A program made the translations under genes and the position numbers. This document shows positions 62,415-64,000 of a DNA stretch of 64,000 bases, piece by piece. The DNA comes from Gammaproteobacteria bacterium (GTDB lineage Bacteria; Pseudomonadota; Gammaproteobacteria; Steroidobacterales; Rariloculaceae): assembly GCA_022820625.1 (NCBI GenBank), contig JAJEFE010000077.1, positions 96,126 to 160,125 on the forward strand, read 5' to 3'. The notes below the pieces were generated by a model. That model made no database searches and had not been told where the DNA came from. It worked only from the letters and a program-made list of their open reading frames with translations. The number at the start of each line of letters is the position of its first letter. The stretch's first letter is position 1.

Positions 62415-64000
62415 ATGAACGTACCCAGATTGATAAGGTCATTGTTTGTGGGCATCTGGCGTGCCGCCGAAGGCGTAAGGAAGATTCTGCACCTGATCTT
62501 TCTGCTCCTTGTCGTGGGTGTCCTGATTGCGGCTATAGCAACCCAGGACCCGCCGCGGGTTCCGGAACAGGCCGCGTTGATGGTTGCCCCGGAAGGCAGG
62601 CTGGTCGAGCAACTCTCGGGCGATGTACTGGACCGGGCGCTTGCGGAGGCGCGGGGCGTGAACATCGGCGAAACCCTGCTCAAGGATGTGATCGACGCGA
62701 TACGCGCTGCCGCGGACGATGACCGCATCGAGGCTCTGGTGCTGGATCCGAGCGGCCTGACCGGCGGCGGACTGAGCAAGCTGCAGGAACTGGCCGATGA
62801 GATCGTACGATTCAAGGAAAGCGAGAAACCGGTCATCGCCATTGGCGACAACTTTACGCGGGACCAGTACTATCTCGCCGCCCACGCCGACGAAATCTAC
62901 ATGAACCCCATGGGAATCGTCTGGATTTCCGGCTACAGCCGCTTCCTTTCCTACTACAAGTCCGCCATCGACAACCTCTACATCGACTTCCACGTGTGGA
63001 CGGTAGGGGAGTACAAGTCGTTCGTGGAACCCATAAGCCGCGACGACATGTCGCCGGAAGATCGAGAAGCCTCGGAGGCCTGGCTCGGTGCACTCTGGGA
63101 TGCCTACCAGGCGGACGTGACCGCGGCGCGCGAGCTCCCGGGCGATGCGCTGCAGCGGTTTGCGGACGACATGGTCGAGCTTCTTGCGGCTGCCGACGGA
63201 GACACGGCGCGCATGGCGCTGGATTTCGGCCTGGTGGACGAGTTGCTGACCCGCGACGAGATCCGGAACCGTCTGGACGGGTTGGTGGGGGAGGCCGACG
63301 ATGACGAGCACGACACGATAACTACCTCTGCATACCTGGCTGCGGTGGATTCGACCGAAGAGAATCGCGATGCGGAGGACAGCGTTGCCGTCATCGTGGC
63401 CTCGGGAACCATCCTCGACGGCTCACAGCCGCCGGGAAGCATCGGCGGCGATTCCACTGCCGCCACCATTCGCCGCGCCATCGAGGACGACGGCGTCAAG
63501 GCGCTGGTGCTCAGGGTAGACAGCGGCGGCGGGAGCGCGTTCGCCTCCGAAGTCATTCAACGCGAGCTGCAGGTCTTCCGGGAAAGCGGCAGGCCGGTGG
63601 TGGTGTCCATGAGCAGTGTGGCGGCTTCGGGCGGGTACTGGATTTCCATGGGCGCGGACGAGATCTGGGCCAGTCCCACCACTATCACCGGGTCCATCGG
63701 AGTCGGCGCCACGATTCCCACTTTCAGCCGCAGTCTGGATCGGATCGGCGTTCATGTGGATGGAGTGGGCACCACCCGGTTGTCGGGCCAGGATAACCTG
63801 TTGCGCGATCTCGGCGACGAGTTCGCAGCGATGGTTCAACACAGCATTGAGCGTGTGTACGCGGATTTTATCGGCAATATCGCCGAATATCGAGACAAAA
63901 CGGTGGAAGATGTCGACATGGTCGCGCGCGGCCGAGTATGGATCGCGAGCGATGCCCAGGCATTCGGCCTGGTGGATGGCCTGGGCAACCTGGAGGACGC
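62415..64000 (+). CDS. sppA: Signal peptide peptidase SppA, 67K type (S49 family), 3'-truncated by the window edge
   Basis: I translated it by hand from ATG 62415 and found no stop through 64000. It is absent from the ORF track, presumably because it has no stop in the window. MNVPRLIRSLFVGIWRAAEGVRKILHLIFLLLVVGVL, IEALVLDPSGLTGGGLSKLQEL, VLRVDSGGGSAFASE and SMSSVAASGGYWIS (catalytic Ser region). Confidence 0.85.
   Translation, partial: MNVPRLIRSLFVGIWRAAEGVRKILHLIFLLLVVGVLIAAIATQDPPRVPEQAALMVAPEGRLVEQLSGDVLDRALAEARGVNIGETLLKDVIDAIRAAADDDRIEALVLDPSGLTGGGLSKLQELADEIVRFKESEKPVIAIGDNFTRDQYYLAAHADEIYMNPMGIVWISGYSRFLSYYKSAIDNLYIDFHVWTVGEYKSFVEPISRDDMSPEDREASEAWLGALWDAYQADVTAARELPGDALQRFADDMVELLAAADGDTARMALDFGLVDELLTRDEIRNRLDGLVGEADDDEHDTITTSAYLAAVDSTEENRDAEDSVAVIVASGTILDGSQPPGSIGGDSTAATIRRAIEDDGVKALVLRVDSGGGSAFASEVIQRELQVFRESGRPVVVSMSSVAASGGYWISMGADEIWASPTTITGSIGVGATIPTFSRSLDRIGVHVDGVGTTRLSGQDNLLRDLGDEFAAMVQHSIERVYADFIGNIAEYRDKTVEDVDMVARGRVWIASDAQAFGLVDGLGNLED

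Noticed and set aside
62384-63842. Minus-strand ORFs 62384-62851, 62439-63311, 63104-63556 and 63423-63842 listed in the track.
   Set aside because: They are antisense shadows of the plus-strand sppA gene, which runs off the window and is therefore missing from the track.

Overview
GC-rich (judged by eye, not computed) bacterial chromosomal window. The gene order rnr-rlmB-rpsF-rpsR-membrane protein-rplI-dnaB and the protein sequences suggest a gammaproteobacterium; this is inference only. I can support about 56 protein-coding genes, one gene remnant and one tRNA-Leu(CAG). I saw no rRNA, CRISPR array, transposase, integrase or phage genes.

The window has two parts.

(i) 1-47.7 kb looks accessory. 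It is packed with enzymes that carry Sec, Tat or lipobox signals:
- two paralogous amidohydrolase lipoproteins
- two Cys-type sulfatases
- two MBL-fold hydrolases
- a TonB-dependent receptor
- a tannase/feruloyl-esterase
- a PQQ dehydrogenase
- a Tat-signal FMN hydroxyacid dehydrogenase coupled to a lipoprotein flavocytochrome
- two small c-type cytochromes
- a large CXXCH protein
- beta-propeller/NHL proteins
- a fused CoA-transferase, a Xi-class GST, an OmpR/HK pair, and solitary modA, dctP and hicB genes

(ii) 47.7-64 kb is core housekeeping: tRNA-Leu, rnr, rlmB, rpsF, rpsR, rplI, dnaB, radA, rpsP, rimM, trmD and rplS. These are followed by a TatT-type TRAP transporter and a 3'-truncated sppA that the ORF track does not list.

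The best candidate for something undescribed is a recurrent exported two-module protein family. Its N-module starts with HHS at the predicted mature N-terminus and resembles DUF6152. Its C-module has a GRWE core and a conserved Cys pair. The family occurs at four loci: two fused copies, one split pair in reversed order, and one truncated remnant. Each copy sits beside periplasmic redox or hydrolytic genes or a TonB receptor, and the split pair lies next to a LysR regulator with a duplicated HTH domain.

Other oddities:
- a G10/C10 tract just upstream of the CXXCH-protein gene
- a phased 5 x 17-bp tandem repeat in a convergent spacer
- a (Gly-X-Y)11 insertion in RNase R
- an S6 with a TTG start and a roughly 100-aa charged tail
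- a rimM whose conserved N-terminus lies upstream of any canonical start codon

All family names come from motif recognition by eye. No database search was run.
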